From Coniocarpon cinnabarinum (Eukaryota), in contig JAVECO010000114.1 in assembly GCA_051942205.1 (NCBI GenBank), positions 56,509-76,508 on the forward strand: a stretch of DNA of 20,000 nt, given 5' to 3'. The notes below the pieces were generated by a model. It did no database searches, had not been told where the DNA came from, and was given only the letters and a program-made list of their open reading frames with translations. How positions within the stretch are numbered: position 1 is the stretch's first letter; the number at the start of each line of letters is the position of its first letter. A program made the position numbers and the translations under genes. This document shows positions 1 to 10,399 of the stretch, piece after piece.

Positions 1-2
1 CA

Positions 3-1622
3 TCTGCGCATGAGATTATGGCAAAAGCCTGCATTAATTATCTTTGCCGCGATGAGTTCGACCGCCCGTTTGAGGCTCTTGGAGGGGCAGTGCGAGAAAC
101 GCCCGACTCTGTTGACACGGAGTCGCTTGTTGATCCGCAACAAAGCCCTGATATAATCATAAATCTAAGCGAGATCCCATTCCTTCGGGACGAGGAGACT
201 TTGATGGGCCAAGTCGTTGATGACCTGCAGCATAAATATTGCGCATATCAGTATGCAGCATTACACTGTGCATCGCACATGTCGACATTTCTCTGCATGG
301 AGAGCTCAGCGGATCTCCCATATTCACTTCTACGTCACAGAGATAGACTATGCTTTGGGAATTGGCTTCGCGTATTCGCAGAGCTTCTATCATTCCGGGC
401 TCCTACTCCAGCAGAGATGGAGCGACCTCTCATTCTTGCAAGCTATCATGGCTGGCACAAGGTCGTACAAGACCTGATAAGTTCCGCCAGTTCCGAAACC
501 AAAGCTGATGTGGAGGTCGCCCTGTTCTGGGCGCTTTCGAGAGCACACGAGCCAGTTGTTCATGCGTTAATGTACGCTCACGACCCCGCCACGACAAAAA
601 GGCGTCGGCCCCCGTACACCATCGCCGCAGCCCAAACTGGGGCCAAAAATATTGTCGAGGCCGTTCTTTCGAGCAATAGCATTTCTACGGAGGACCTCAA
701 TGCAAAAGACGAGTATGGAAGATCGGCACTGCATTGTGCCGCAGAGTTAAACCATTCGGAAATACTAACGATGTTGCTGGCAAACCCTTCGATCAGGCCT
801 GATACCTGTGACCGCTCACAAAAAATAGCACTTCACTATGCAGCTGAGTGCGGCTCTATAGACGCGGCGAAGGTGCTCGTGTCCCGTAGCGCGAGCTTTG
901 CTCAGTACCGTGACGGACATGGTCGTACCCCACTAATGTACGCAGCAGAAAACGGATTTCTAGACATGGTGAAATTACTTAGTCCTTACGCGGTCTCCAT
1001 AAATGACGAATGCGATTACATGGGCCGCAGCTGTCTTGCTCACGCAATGATTAGCCTCAACGCTGACATAGCTCAGTATCTTGTGGCAAAAGGGGCTACG
1101 CTGGGCTCGAAAGATGCAAGCGGACGAACTTGTTTCTCTAACGCGATCAACGCTACCTGTCCCGTCGATCAACAACACCGGAAGCTATTGCTTTGCTCCC
1201 TCGTCGCGACTTACGACACGATGGTTTTGGACGAACCCGATGACGATGAGTGGTCGCCATTGTTCTGGGCTCTGGACGCTCCCGGATACCCAGACATAGT
1301 GGAAGCCTTGGTCCGGCAACACGGTGTCGACATCAACCGCCGGGATCGCTCGGGTCGTACTCCACTTAGCTGGGCGGCTGCTGGAGGCTTTTTTTGCATC
1401 GTAGATTTGCTAATACAGCAACGCAGCATCGACGTCATGTCCGCCGATGTAGAAGGCAAGACTGCGTTATCGTATGCAGCGATCCACGGGCAAGAAGAAA
1501 CTGCCAGAGCATTGGTACGCCGAGCGCCGCATCTGAGACATGCGAGGGACAGCGGTCAGCGGCGTCCAGCTGATTGGGCGAAGCTTAATGGGCACGAGGA
1601 TTTTGCATCGTGGCTAAGTTGA
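3..1622 (+). CDS. Ankyrin-repeat protein, C-terminal part of a probable NACHT-ANK (fungal NLR-like) protein; 5'-partial
   Basis: The frame is open from the window edge (3: S-A-H-E-I-M-A-K-A-C-I-N-Y-L), so the ATG at 18 is probably internal. AHEIMAKACINYL and YAALHCASH match the 'AH..IA..CL.YL' and 'YAA..W..H' helical segment that follows the NACHT domain in fungal NACHT-ANK proteins. About 11-12 ankyrin repeats follow (GRSALHCAAELNH, GRTPLMYAAENGF, GRTPLSWAAAGGF, GKTALSYAAIHGQ). Stop TGA at 1620-1622. The NACHT domain itself is not in the window. Confidence 0.88.
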   Translation, partial: SAHEIMAKACINYLCRDEFDRPFEALGGAVRETPDSVDTESLVDPQQSPDIIINLSEIPFLRDEETLMGQVVDDLQHKYCAYQYAALHCASHMSTFLCMESSADLPYSLLRHRDRLCFGNWLRVFAELLSFRAPTPAEMERPLILASYHGWHKVVQDLISSASSETKADVEVALFWALSRAHEPVVHALMYAHDPATTKRRRPPYTIAAAQTGAKNIVEAVLSSNSISTEDLNAKDEYGRSALHCAAELNHSEILTMLLANPSIRPDTCDRSQKIALHYAAECGSIDAAKVLVSRSASFAQYRDGHGRTPLMYAAENGFLDMVKLLSPYAVSINDECDYMGRSCLAHAMISLNADIAQYLVAKGATLGSKDASGRTCFSNAINATCPVDQQHRKLLLCSLVATYDTMVLDEPDDDEWSPLFWALDAPGYPDIVEALVRQHGVDINRRDRSGRTPLSWAAAGGFFCIVDLLIQQRSIDVMSADVEGKTALSYAAIHGQEETARALVRRAPHLRHARDSGQRRPADWAKLNGHEDFASWLS

Positions 1623-1841
1623 CGATGGCACGTTCGTTTGATTGTTAAAAGAGTGACTGATATTAAATGGGGTTAATCTGCTCCAGGGCTTCTGCATGTC
1701 GAGCTAGTGGAAGATCGTTTCTACAGTCAAGGGATTGACCAAAGCGACGATTGGTCCTACGCATTCCATGTAGACTTTAATGCTTTAGTTCCAAACAGTA
1801 TCGTCGGCTTCGATTAGTTGTTGTAAGATTGTCATGTGGGC

Positions 1842-2060
1842 TGTTGTGAGTACTTCTCTAACGCCCGGTACCCAATAGGGGCCTAGCAGGTGGCTGGTAG
1901 GTCGCTAGCAGGTTCTAGACCAGGTCGACACGGTCTAGACGCTATTGGTAGCAGAGGACAGGTTACTAGTATGGGATATAAAGGTAGGGTTTCTGTTCAC
2001 AGTTAGTAGTAAGGGCAGTAGTAGTACTCAATCGACAGTATGCGCTTGAACCTTACAACA
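1842..2060 (+). mobile_element. Solo LTR (219 bp) with 5-bp target-site duplication
   Basis: Starts TGTTGTGAG and ends CTTACAACA (8/9 inverted terminal match, TG...CA). Flanked by TGGGC at 1837-1841 and 2061-2065. A TATA-like GATATAAAG near 1975-1983 suggests + orientation. No internal domain and only light RIP. Confidence 0.85.
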
Positions 2061-2277
2061 TGGGCGTAAGTCATTCGCGTAGTGTCGTACTTCTCAGACG
2101 AGTGTCATGGATATGGTAGTATATGTTATGGGGATTGATCATATGCACACCAACAGCCTTCGCAAACACATAGTCCGTACATCGAATCAATGCCCACGCA
2201 CGATCGAGCTCTACACAAAGTAGCCGCTAGAGTATTAAACTATATTAATATGTCAGCTATGCGCTCGGCTTACAATT

Positions 2278-2892
2278 TGTAAGGATTGGGTATAGAACGG
2301 GGAGCGAACCAATACTAATTTAGTGTCTATTCGTGTTGAAAAGTAGAGGAGGAAACAAGGAAGGAAGGCACTAGGCCTATTTAGGCCTAGTCTAGAGCAC
2401 CTAAATACCCTAAAAAGACTAATCTATAAAAAGAATTACTTAATTGCTTTATATAAAGTATATATAATAAAAAGAGAAAGATCTTTTAATATATTCTTTA
2501 AATCTTATTTTTTTTAACTATTAGAAAATTTTTAAATTTATTAAATTTAATAAATTATACTAGAATTATAATAGAAAGTTTAATATTTAATAAATTAAGT
2601 AAAAATTTACTTAAACTTATTTAATAGCTTAATAAATCTTATTAAGCTATTCTTTTAATTTATAATTATCAAAATAGTTCTAAAGTTAAAATACTAAAAT
2701 AAAATAGTAATTTTATTTTAAATTAATAGAAAAATTATCTAAAAGATATTAAAGTTATATTTAAAAATTAAAAATAACTCTAATTTTTATTTAATAAATT
2801 TTTAAGTCTCTAATTAATTTATTTACTTTAAGTTTTATATAGATTATTTTAGTATACTATAAATAGTATATTAATAAAATTTATAGTCTAGT
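2278..2892. mobile_element. Left end of an older RIP-degraded repeat, probably an LTR-element terminus, interrupted at 2892 by the 12.9-kb element
   Basis: Begins TGTAAGG (LTR-like terminus) and grades into extreme AT/TpA richness by ~2430. The CTAGT TSD shows it was contiguous with the sequence after 15817. No partner LTR or TSD found in the window. Confidence 0.45.
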
Positions 2893-3088
2893 TGTAACGA
2901 GCACTAGTTGCTAGTTACAGCAATATAGGGGAAGATGGTAATTAATTTATATCTCTATTAACAAGAAAGAAGGCTATCTACTATATATAGGCGCCTACCT
3001 AGTTAGCAAGTGCTATATACCTAGTAGTGCCTAGGTAGGCGCTATATGCCTAGTAACTAGGCGTGCTATATGTCTAGTGCTTCTAATA
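2893..3088 (-). repeat. 3' LTR of the 12.9-kb element
   Basis: TGTAACGAG...TTCTAATA (terminal CA apparently RIPed to TA). Aligns without gaps to 15617-15812 with ~22 differences by hand count, ~20 of them C/T or G/A transitions. Contains short internal repeats (GCTAYATGCCTAGT-like). Confidence 0.95.
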
Positions 3089-3103
3089 ATTGCCCGCCTC
3101 TTT
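3089..3103 (-). promoter_or_regulatory. Polypurine tract (plus-strand priming site)
   Basis: Minus strand reads AAAGAGGCGGGCAAT immediately before the 3' LTR. It overlaps an inverted repeat CCTCTTT-AG-AAAGAGG (3097-3112). Confidence 0.75.
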
Positions 3104-3178
3104 AGAAAGAGGGCGACGTTCTTATTATTTAGTTAATAGGAATTTAGGCTAGTGTCTACCCTATATATAAAGAAGTGT

Positions 3179-6100
3179 CTATTTTAACTATATAATTTAG
3201 TTATATATATACTTATTAGTTATTAGTTACTTTAGTTGCTATATATTATTTAATTATATTATTATCTTATATACTACCTAGTATTCTTTCTTTATTAGTT
3301 TTAGTCTAATATCCTTTTAGTTAGTTTCTTTCTTAATTTTTAGTTACTTAACTTTTAACCTTAGTGCCTCTAGTTTTTTTTTATCTTACTTAGTTGTTTC
3401 TTTAAATAGGTCCTTAATTTTACTATTAGATACTAGCTAATCCCTACTAATATTAAGTACTTCTAAGGCTTACTTATTTTATGCTATAGGGCTAGTAGAC
3501 TTATTTAGGGATATAGTAGTTACTAGGTTTTTAACTAATTGCTTGCTAGATTATTGTATAGACGTAAGCTTGCCTAGTTGCTCTAAACTAGTAATAGTTA
3601 TTCTTATCTATAGTACGCCTTTTATTAGCCTACTAATAAATTATTACTTCTTAGTATTAGTTACTAGTGTAGATTAGTTAGCATTAGGATTAGGCCTTAT
3701 TATATTATAGATAAAGCTAGAGCTAGTATTAATGCCTATTAGACTAGAGCTTAATAGCTACTTCTTAATAGATAGTACTAGTATAGTAGACTAGAGAATA
3801 TAGTTAAAGGTAGTAGTTAATCTATTATCTTTGTCTTCTATTTATATCTACTTAGCTACTAGTTAGGAAGGCTAACGTAGCTTACTTATTTTAGCTAATT
3901 TAGAGGTACTAGGTTTATTATAGATATATATAGTAGTTCTTAGTAGTAGTAAGAGAAAATAGGTAGTATTTATATATTATAGCGTATATTAGATTATACT
4001 AAAATCTAGCTAAGAATACCTTAGAGCTATATACTAGTCTATGTTTAGGGCGTATAGTTAGTTAATAGGAGTAAAGGTATATATAATATTCTAGTTATAA
4101 GGCGCGTACTATAGTATATTTAGTAACTTTAAGATAGGTGGCTAAAACCTATACTTAATTAATAGTAGTACCTTTTATATAGTTACTATAAGGTCTTATT
4201 CTTATAAGAAATAGGTTATTTTTTATAAGAGTGTAACGCCCCTATAGAGGACCCTACCCTTAAGTAACTAAGAAGGCGTAGGGCTGTCCTAGAGATAAGA
4301 ACCTTTGCTATAGAAGAATATAATAGGGAATAATACAAAGAGATAAAGGTAGTAAGGGTTATAGGAGAAAGTAACTAGTATACTACTATAATAAAGAATA
4401 CTTTATCTAATAGTAGTAGTACTATCTAAGAAAGTAAGGTACGCTATAAACTAGTAAATAATTAGTTTAGTAGTTTATAACTTAGTATTTAGGTTAATTC
4501 TAAATTTAAATAATACTAAGCCTAAAAGAGAGGTAGGCTTACTATTAGACTATATAGACTAAGATATAAATAAATATATTCTACTAAGAAGGTACGTCTA
4601 GTAGTAATATAAGGTCTAGCGTCTAGAGGTCCTATATTATCTAAGGGTAGTATATAACTTTTATATATATAGTTTAGAGGTAAACATATCTCTATGCTCT
4701 AGAGGCTATTATACTAGCGTATTAATACGCGTGTCTACGTAACCTTTTGTCCTATATTAGGTATAGCGTAATAAAGAGTTCTATACTAGTAAAAAGGTTA
4801 TCTATTACTTAGTTGTTTAGTATATTTATTAAGCTAAAGTTAAAGTTATACTTATTAATTACTTACTTTATATTACTATATATATATATATATCTATAAG
4901 ATATAGCGTACCCTATATTATATCTACTAATATAGTAGTTCCCTAGTTATAGATATAGCTAAGCTCTACTTAGAGCAACTTATAGAGTTACTTAATCTAA
5001 TCTATATTACTATTTACTACTACTTGCTAGATAGCTTACTAGGCATATATAGCTATATAATAGTACTATAGGTTAGAGTTATATAATCTATTTATATCTA
5101 TAATAGTTAGTATATAGTTAGAACTATATAGTAATCTAGTAGCTTATCTATAGAGACTTTTGCTTTATAAGTTAAGAATTATTACTAGTTTATCCTTCTT
5201 TTTAGATATAGTTGGTATTTTATTAATAAGGCACTTAGTAGGTTCTAAATAATTATCTTTTAAGCCTTCTTATATCTTAATTACTTACTATCTTAAATTA
5301 TTTATATATATTTTTTTAGCTTTTACTTACTTCTTTTTATAGTTAGTAATATTCTAGGTATATATAGTACTTCTATTTATTACTTCTACTTTAGCCTTAT
5401 AAATATCTACTTAATACTATCTAGCCTTAGTATCTTAAAGATTACTCTATTTAGGCTATTAGCTAGTAGCTGATATAGTCTTAGATTCTAATCGCTTACT
5501 AACTACTATAATAAATTAAGCTATAAGCTCTACTAAGTTATAAATATAGTTAGTATATATAATATTAGTAATTAAGTTAAATTAGTAGCTAAGGCTTTCT
5601 ATTTTTTCCTTTTTAGTTAGTCTAACTCTTAGTTATATAAGCGCTCTAGATTTAGCAGCCTCTATAACATATAGGTATAAAAGATCTTTAATATTTATAT
5701 TTAAAGAAAATTGCTTAGTTACTAAAATATCTATAGTTAGTATAAGTTATAATATATATAGTAAAGGTTTTATAGTAGTAGTTACTATCTTCTAAGCCAC
5801 TAATTTTATTACTAGTAAAGATGTTATCTATTATAGCTATAGGTCCTATTAGCTATAGTTCTTAAGAGCTTAGTTAATTAGGTTATTTACCTTTTTAAGG
5901 TTTTTATCTATATTAGAGTAGTTAGTAGTAATATTTTTAAATTATACTATAGCTTAGTTACTCTTATTAGTTACTACGTATACTTACTAGAAAAGTAGCG
6001 CTATACTTAGTTCTACTCTAGTCTATAGGTAGTTAAAAGTCTTAGGTAGTATTAATCTTACTAGTAGTTTTTAGTTAATAATATCTATTATATATTTTAA

Positions 6101-7702
6101 GGCTAGTTACTAGTTAATCTCTATAACTTCTAAATCCTTATACTAGTTCTATAAGAGTAGTTTCTTTATTTAAACTTACTTTAACTTTTTTTTTCGCTTT
6201 AGTCTTAGTTTATATATTATTAGCTACTACTTTTCTTATAGGTCTTTTTTTTTTTACTTATTTAGTAGAAGAGGCTACTAAAGTAGGTAGCGCTATAAGA
6301 ATTTATTATAAGAATATTAAGAATAGTAGTTAGTTGCTAGGGTTAAAGATAGGTACTAACTTTAAAAATTTTTTATCTTTTTATTTTTACTTAACCTTAG
6401 TAGCTATAAGACGGTTATTAGAAATAATCTAGTTATAACTAGTAAGCGTATATTCTTTAAAGGCTATAGGCTTTAAATTAGTATAAGATGCCTATTAGTT
6501 CTATAGTTAGTTTACTTAATAGCTTTTAAATAGAAGTATAAATAATTCTTTTAGTATATATACTTACTATATAGTAAGATATAGCTACTAAAGACTAAGT
6601 AGAAAAGACTATTTAGTTCTACTATAATTACTAGGTTATTGCTTATATCTTAAACTTTAATTAACTAGTTAGTATTATTAAAATTATATAGACTATAAAT
6701 ACTTAATAAGATAATTTTTATAGGGTTAAAGTATTAGTTAATAGTGTTAGCTATAATATAATTGTTATAAGGGACTACTTAGTTATCTTAAGAAATATTA
6801 ACGCTTAATAAGATTAGTAGTAGGTTCTTAATAATTTTCTTTTGCTTTTTTCTATAGTTAGTAGTTTTAGGCTTTAGCTTACTTTTATCTTTTACTTAGT
6901 TAAAGACTTATATAACTAGTAAAAATACCTTCTTGCTATTATTAAAGATATAGTAGCTATTTACTTAGTATCCTTATAGCTAATATGCCTACTAAATACC
7001 TTAATTATCTATATTTAGTAGTTAATTAGGTAAGTTCTAATCTTTTATAGTATAGAGTTATCTAACTAGGATAGCGTTTACTTAAGTATATAGTTAGTTG
7101 TTAGTAAGTTTACCTTCTATAAAGGTAAGTAGCTTATTAGGCTTTATAGTTAGTTTTAGTAGTAGTTGTATCTTTACTAATTAGTTATAGATACCTTTAT
7201 TCTCTAATAGTTAGTTGTTTTCTAATAATTAGTTATCTTTATTACTGTCTTGTTTAGTTTTTACTAGTTATATTTTTTTAGTTACTTTTACTGCTCTTGC
7301 TTTTAATAGTCTAGGCGTCTTTAGTTTAGCTAATAGCTTCTATACTAGATTAAATACTAAGAAAGCTTAGTCTATCTATTTAGGCTTCTTCTTTAATTTT
7401 AGCTATTTTGCTTTAGTACTAGTTAGTAAGGCTATATCTTTAGTAGTTTTTTATTTCTTTGCTACGCCTTTATTACTCTTAGTACTATTATTAAAGGCGC
7501 TAAAAAGAGTAGCTATTAGGTTCTTTAGTACCTTCTCTTTTTTAGTACTTATTAAAAGGTACTTAGTAAGTTTAGTAAAGAACTCTCTATTTATTAGCTA
7601 TTAATTAAGCTTATTATATAAACTTAATTTAATTTAGTTTACTAATAAATAGTTATATAGGTTAAGTATTATTTTTAGGTTAATTATAGGTTAATATTTT
7701 AT
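3179..7702 (-). pseudogene. RIP-destroyed extra ORF (~1300 codons) downstream of pol; unknown protein with a C-terminal chromodomain-like motif; split by the 4232-4773 solo LTR
   Basis: The minus strand reads as long stretches of plausible protein once TAA/TAG are reverted to CAA/CGA/CAG/TGG, with a few apparent frame slips. Candidate start ATA (<ATG) at 7702-7700 follows a pyrimidine-rich leader. The N-terminus has Lys/Arg-rich patches, and the frame reads through the solo-LTR site when it is excised. The terminal motif reverts to EVERL...KKEY.V.YK.....(D/N)DTWQP..L at ~3358-3225. Confidence 0.6.
4232..4773 (+). mobile_element. Nested solo LTR (542 bp) of a different family
   Basis: Starts TGTAACGC and ends GCGTAATA (imperfect inverted termini, CA>TA by RIP). 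Flanked by TSD AAGAG at 4227-4231 and 4774-4778. No second copy seen in the window. Orientation is tentative. Confidence 0.85.
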
Positions 7703-7963
7703 AGTAGAAAGAGAAGAATATTTAAGAGTAAGTAATAGTAATAATATACTACCTAATCTAGATTATTTATATATAAAAGATAACTTATATAAAAGGTTAG
7801 TAGGTAAAGGTAAGTAGAAAGTAAGAATTCTACTTAATATTTTACCTAAGTATTTTTTATATATAAAATTAATATATTTAGAAGATACTAAATAGTTAAT
7901 AGTTTAATGTTTATAATATAGTATATAGACTCTTTTACTATACTATAATTACTATTATAGTAA

Positions 7964-8250
7964 CTAGTTAGTATATATAGGCGCGCTATTCTTATTATCT
8001 ATATACTTTAGTAGATAGCCTTATTTTTAAGGGAGTCCTCTTTTTAATTACTATAGCTTTAGTAGTGTTAATAATAATTACTTATATTTTTATATCTTAT
8101 TCTAGTAGCTATCTAGCTAGTCTACTAGTAGCTATTTATTCTAGTATTCTTTCTAGCCTTTCTACTTAATTCTATACTATATATAGTCTTTACTACTAAG
8201 CTTTATAGTACGCTTCCTAATAATACGCTTAACCTTAATTAGTTAGTATT
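7964..8250 (-). pseudogene. Pol C-terminal chromodomain followed by an AT-hook-like tail
   Basis: Reverts to EVERVVGKR...QYRIKWKGWKE.WNEWLP.DQLDGC.DKIREYE (~8240-8080), then P-R-K-R-G-R-P-P-K (cct taa aaa taa ggc tat cta cta aag, 8032-8006). Probable stop near 7966-7964. Confidence 0.8.
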
Positions 8251-9500
8251 ATCTTCTTTTACTTTAATAGGCCCTAGTTACTTGCTTTTATAGTTATAGG
8301 AATTATCGCCTCTAGCTACTAGTTCTAGCTATATAATAGAGAAGATATTATACTTATAGCCTATAAAGAATTCTAGTATCTCTACTTAGTAGAAAAGGTA
8401 ATTAATATAATTAGTAATAATAAAAGATTCTTTATAATACTTAAATAGCTTTTCCTTACTATTAGGCGTAGTATATCTATAGTAAAGCTTAATATATACC
8501 TTATTACCTAGACTAAGGATAATTAGTTAGTAGGTATAGTTAAAGTACTTCTTTGCCTTAGCGTTTATAAGAGCAATTATTTAGGTAGCTTTATTATAAT
8601 AGATTATATACTTAATAGATAGGTTTAGTATATTATCTAATATTTCTATTATAGTATTAATAGCTTTATAAGTATAAGTTCTATATAATATCTTAGTTAG
8701 TATACTACCTATTAATATAGTAGAGTTATTTATATAAGCTTATAGCGCTAAAAGCGCTTTAATCTATAGTATATCTAGGTAATTAATAATAAACAGCCTT
8801 ATTATAATCTCTATAGTCTAGTTAGCTTATTCTAATTACCTATCTACTAATAAATAATATATAGTTATAGTTATTAGTCGTATATTAAGCTACTTAAAGA
8901 GACTCATCTAGATTTAGCTTAAGATTTTTAGGTCTTGATTTAATATAATAACCTTAGGTATTCTCTAATCTACTATTATCTATCTATTAAGCAAGGCTTT
9001 AGCCTACTATTCTACTAAGTAAGTTATAGTACTAAGAATAAGTCTAAGTCTTTTAGTAAACTTATTAGTATATATTTTTAGTTAGTTATAGGCTATTCTA
9101 CCTTACTATACCTCTAGTAAGGTAATAACCTAGTTAATTACTACTAAGTAATAAGGTATAGGTAGCAAATTAACTAGTATTAAGAAGCCCTAAGGTTTAT
9201 AGTATACTATTTAGTAGGTTTAGTATATTAGGTAGTAGTTAATCTAATTATATAATTTATACTTTAGTTTTCTAATAAATAGTATAAAGATAATTCTCTA
9301 GTAAGTTTACTTAATACTGTTATAAAATTAGTTATAGGTTAATTTAAAAACTTCTTTTTTTAGAGTAGTTAGTATTATAAGTTAATATCTATTATCTATT
9401 AGATCTAGAAAGAAAAGTAAACTATTATATAGTAGAATCTAGTTACTTTAATAAATTTAGGGCCTTTAAGTTTATTATATACTTACTTATATTCTTTATC
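8250..9500 (-). pseudogene. Integrase relic
   Basis: Reverted motifs: ISDRDPK (~8948-8928), T.YHPSADGQSERANQTVEI.MR (~8868-8797), PGDKVYIKLHHGY (~8511-8473) and a GPF-like segment at ~8432. Confidence 0.9.
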
Positions 9501-9724
9501 TAGTAGTTTTATTAAGGCCTTCTTATTTTACTAGTTTATCTATTTATTAAGCTACTTTACTTATTTAATAATATAGATAATTAGAGCATAATATTTATTA
9601 AGGCCTAATTCCTACTTTAGCTAATCTCTAAATTTAGTAGATATCTCTACTAGTAATATATAGTATATATACAAGTTATTAAGAATATTACCTATAGGCT
9701 TTTTAGTAGTTAATTACTTAATAG

Positions 9725-10160
9725 GTAAGCGTAAGAGTATATTAGGCACTATATACTCTTTACCTAGTTTATAATAAAGCTTTAGGTAAGATTAGCTTAA
9801 ATATTAGAAAGCATAGACTAGATATAAATTTAATTTATCTATAAATAATATAGATAATATTATTTATTATATAATACTAATTATAGAGGTATAGTCTATT
9901 ATAATAATTATTAGCCTAGTATTAATATTAATTAGGTAATAGATACGTTTAACTACTTATACTAAACTAGTAACCTTTAGTTTTATTAGCTAGTATTACT
10001 TTTCTACTATACTAAGTAACTTAGAAAGAAATATAATTAGTTCTACTATATAATATAGTACTAGTAGGTTAGGGTCTTCTTTTATATAATATATTATAAC
10101 TCCTACTAATTGCTTACTTAAATCTATATCTATATATAGTTGCCTAGTTTCTCTATAGTA
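9725..10160 (-). pseudogene. RNase H relic
   Basis: Reverts to LYIDVDSSK, EPIMFLSKLLS.AE..YWPTELEVAGLVWAV, TDH, DKLNLRLVRASQYLSQ and KPGK.HIVPDALSRL. Confidence 0.9.
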
Positions 10161-10399
10161 TACTAAAAACCTAGTAGAATAGAATGCTTTTTAGATACTA
10201 TTAAAGGCTTTTCTTTTCTTACTAGTTAGTTTTTTAAGTATTGTTCTTTTAGTAAAATATTTTCTTAGTTATCTTTTATCTACCTTACTACATATACCTT
10301 TAAGTAATACTATCTTATATCTTTCTAGCAGCTCTATAAGTTCTATATAGTTCTTTATATACTTATATAGCTATCCTATTATACTAAGGTAGTACTTAA

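Noticed and set aside
157..1459. Five short ORFs (67-86 aa) in the ORF track
   Set aside because: All overlap the ankyrin CDS in alternate or antisense frames and show no motifs, so they are shadow ORFs.
1946..1958. TGGTAGCAGAGGA, resembling the complement of an initiator tRNA-Met 3' end (PBS-like)
   Set aside because: It lies in the middle of the TSD-bounded solo LTR rather than just after an LTR end, and no tRNA cloverleaf extends from it. Probably chance.
1622..2280. Possible Starship (giant transposon) boundary, since NLR-like genes are common cargo
   Set aside because: There is no tyrosine-recombinase captain or paired direct repeat in the window, so it cannot be supported.
2980..3085. 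Short repeats resembling a CRISPR-like or iteron array
   Set aside because: These are irregular internal LTR repeats present in both LTRs, in a eukaryotic context with no spacer structure.
4877..4893. (TA)n microsatellite
   Set aside because: Explained by RIP of CA/TG-rich codons within the extra ORF.
5110..5160. Reversion to C...TGLPC...H, suggesting a MULE SWIM finger and so a nested DNA transposon
   Set aside because: It depends on several ambiguous reversions and the spacing is off. No DDE core, TIRs or 9-bp TSD were found. It remains an alternative to test with a consensus.
7062..7113. Possible GT...AG intron in the extra ORF (minus strand)
   Set aside because: The frame reads through plausibly without splicing.
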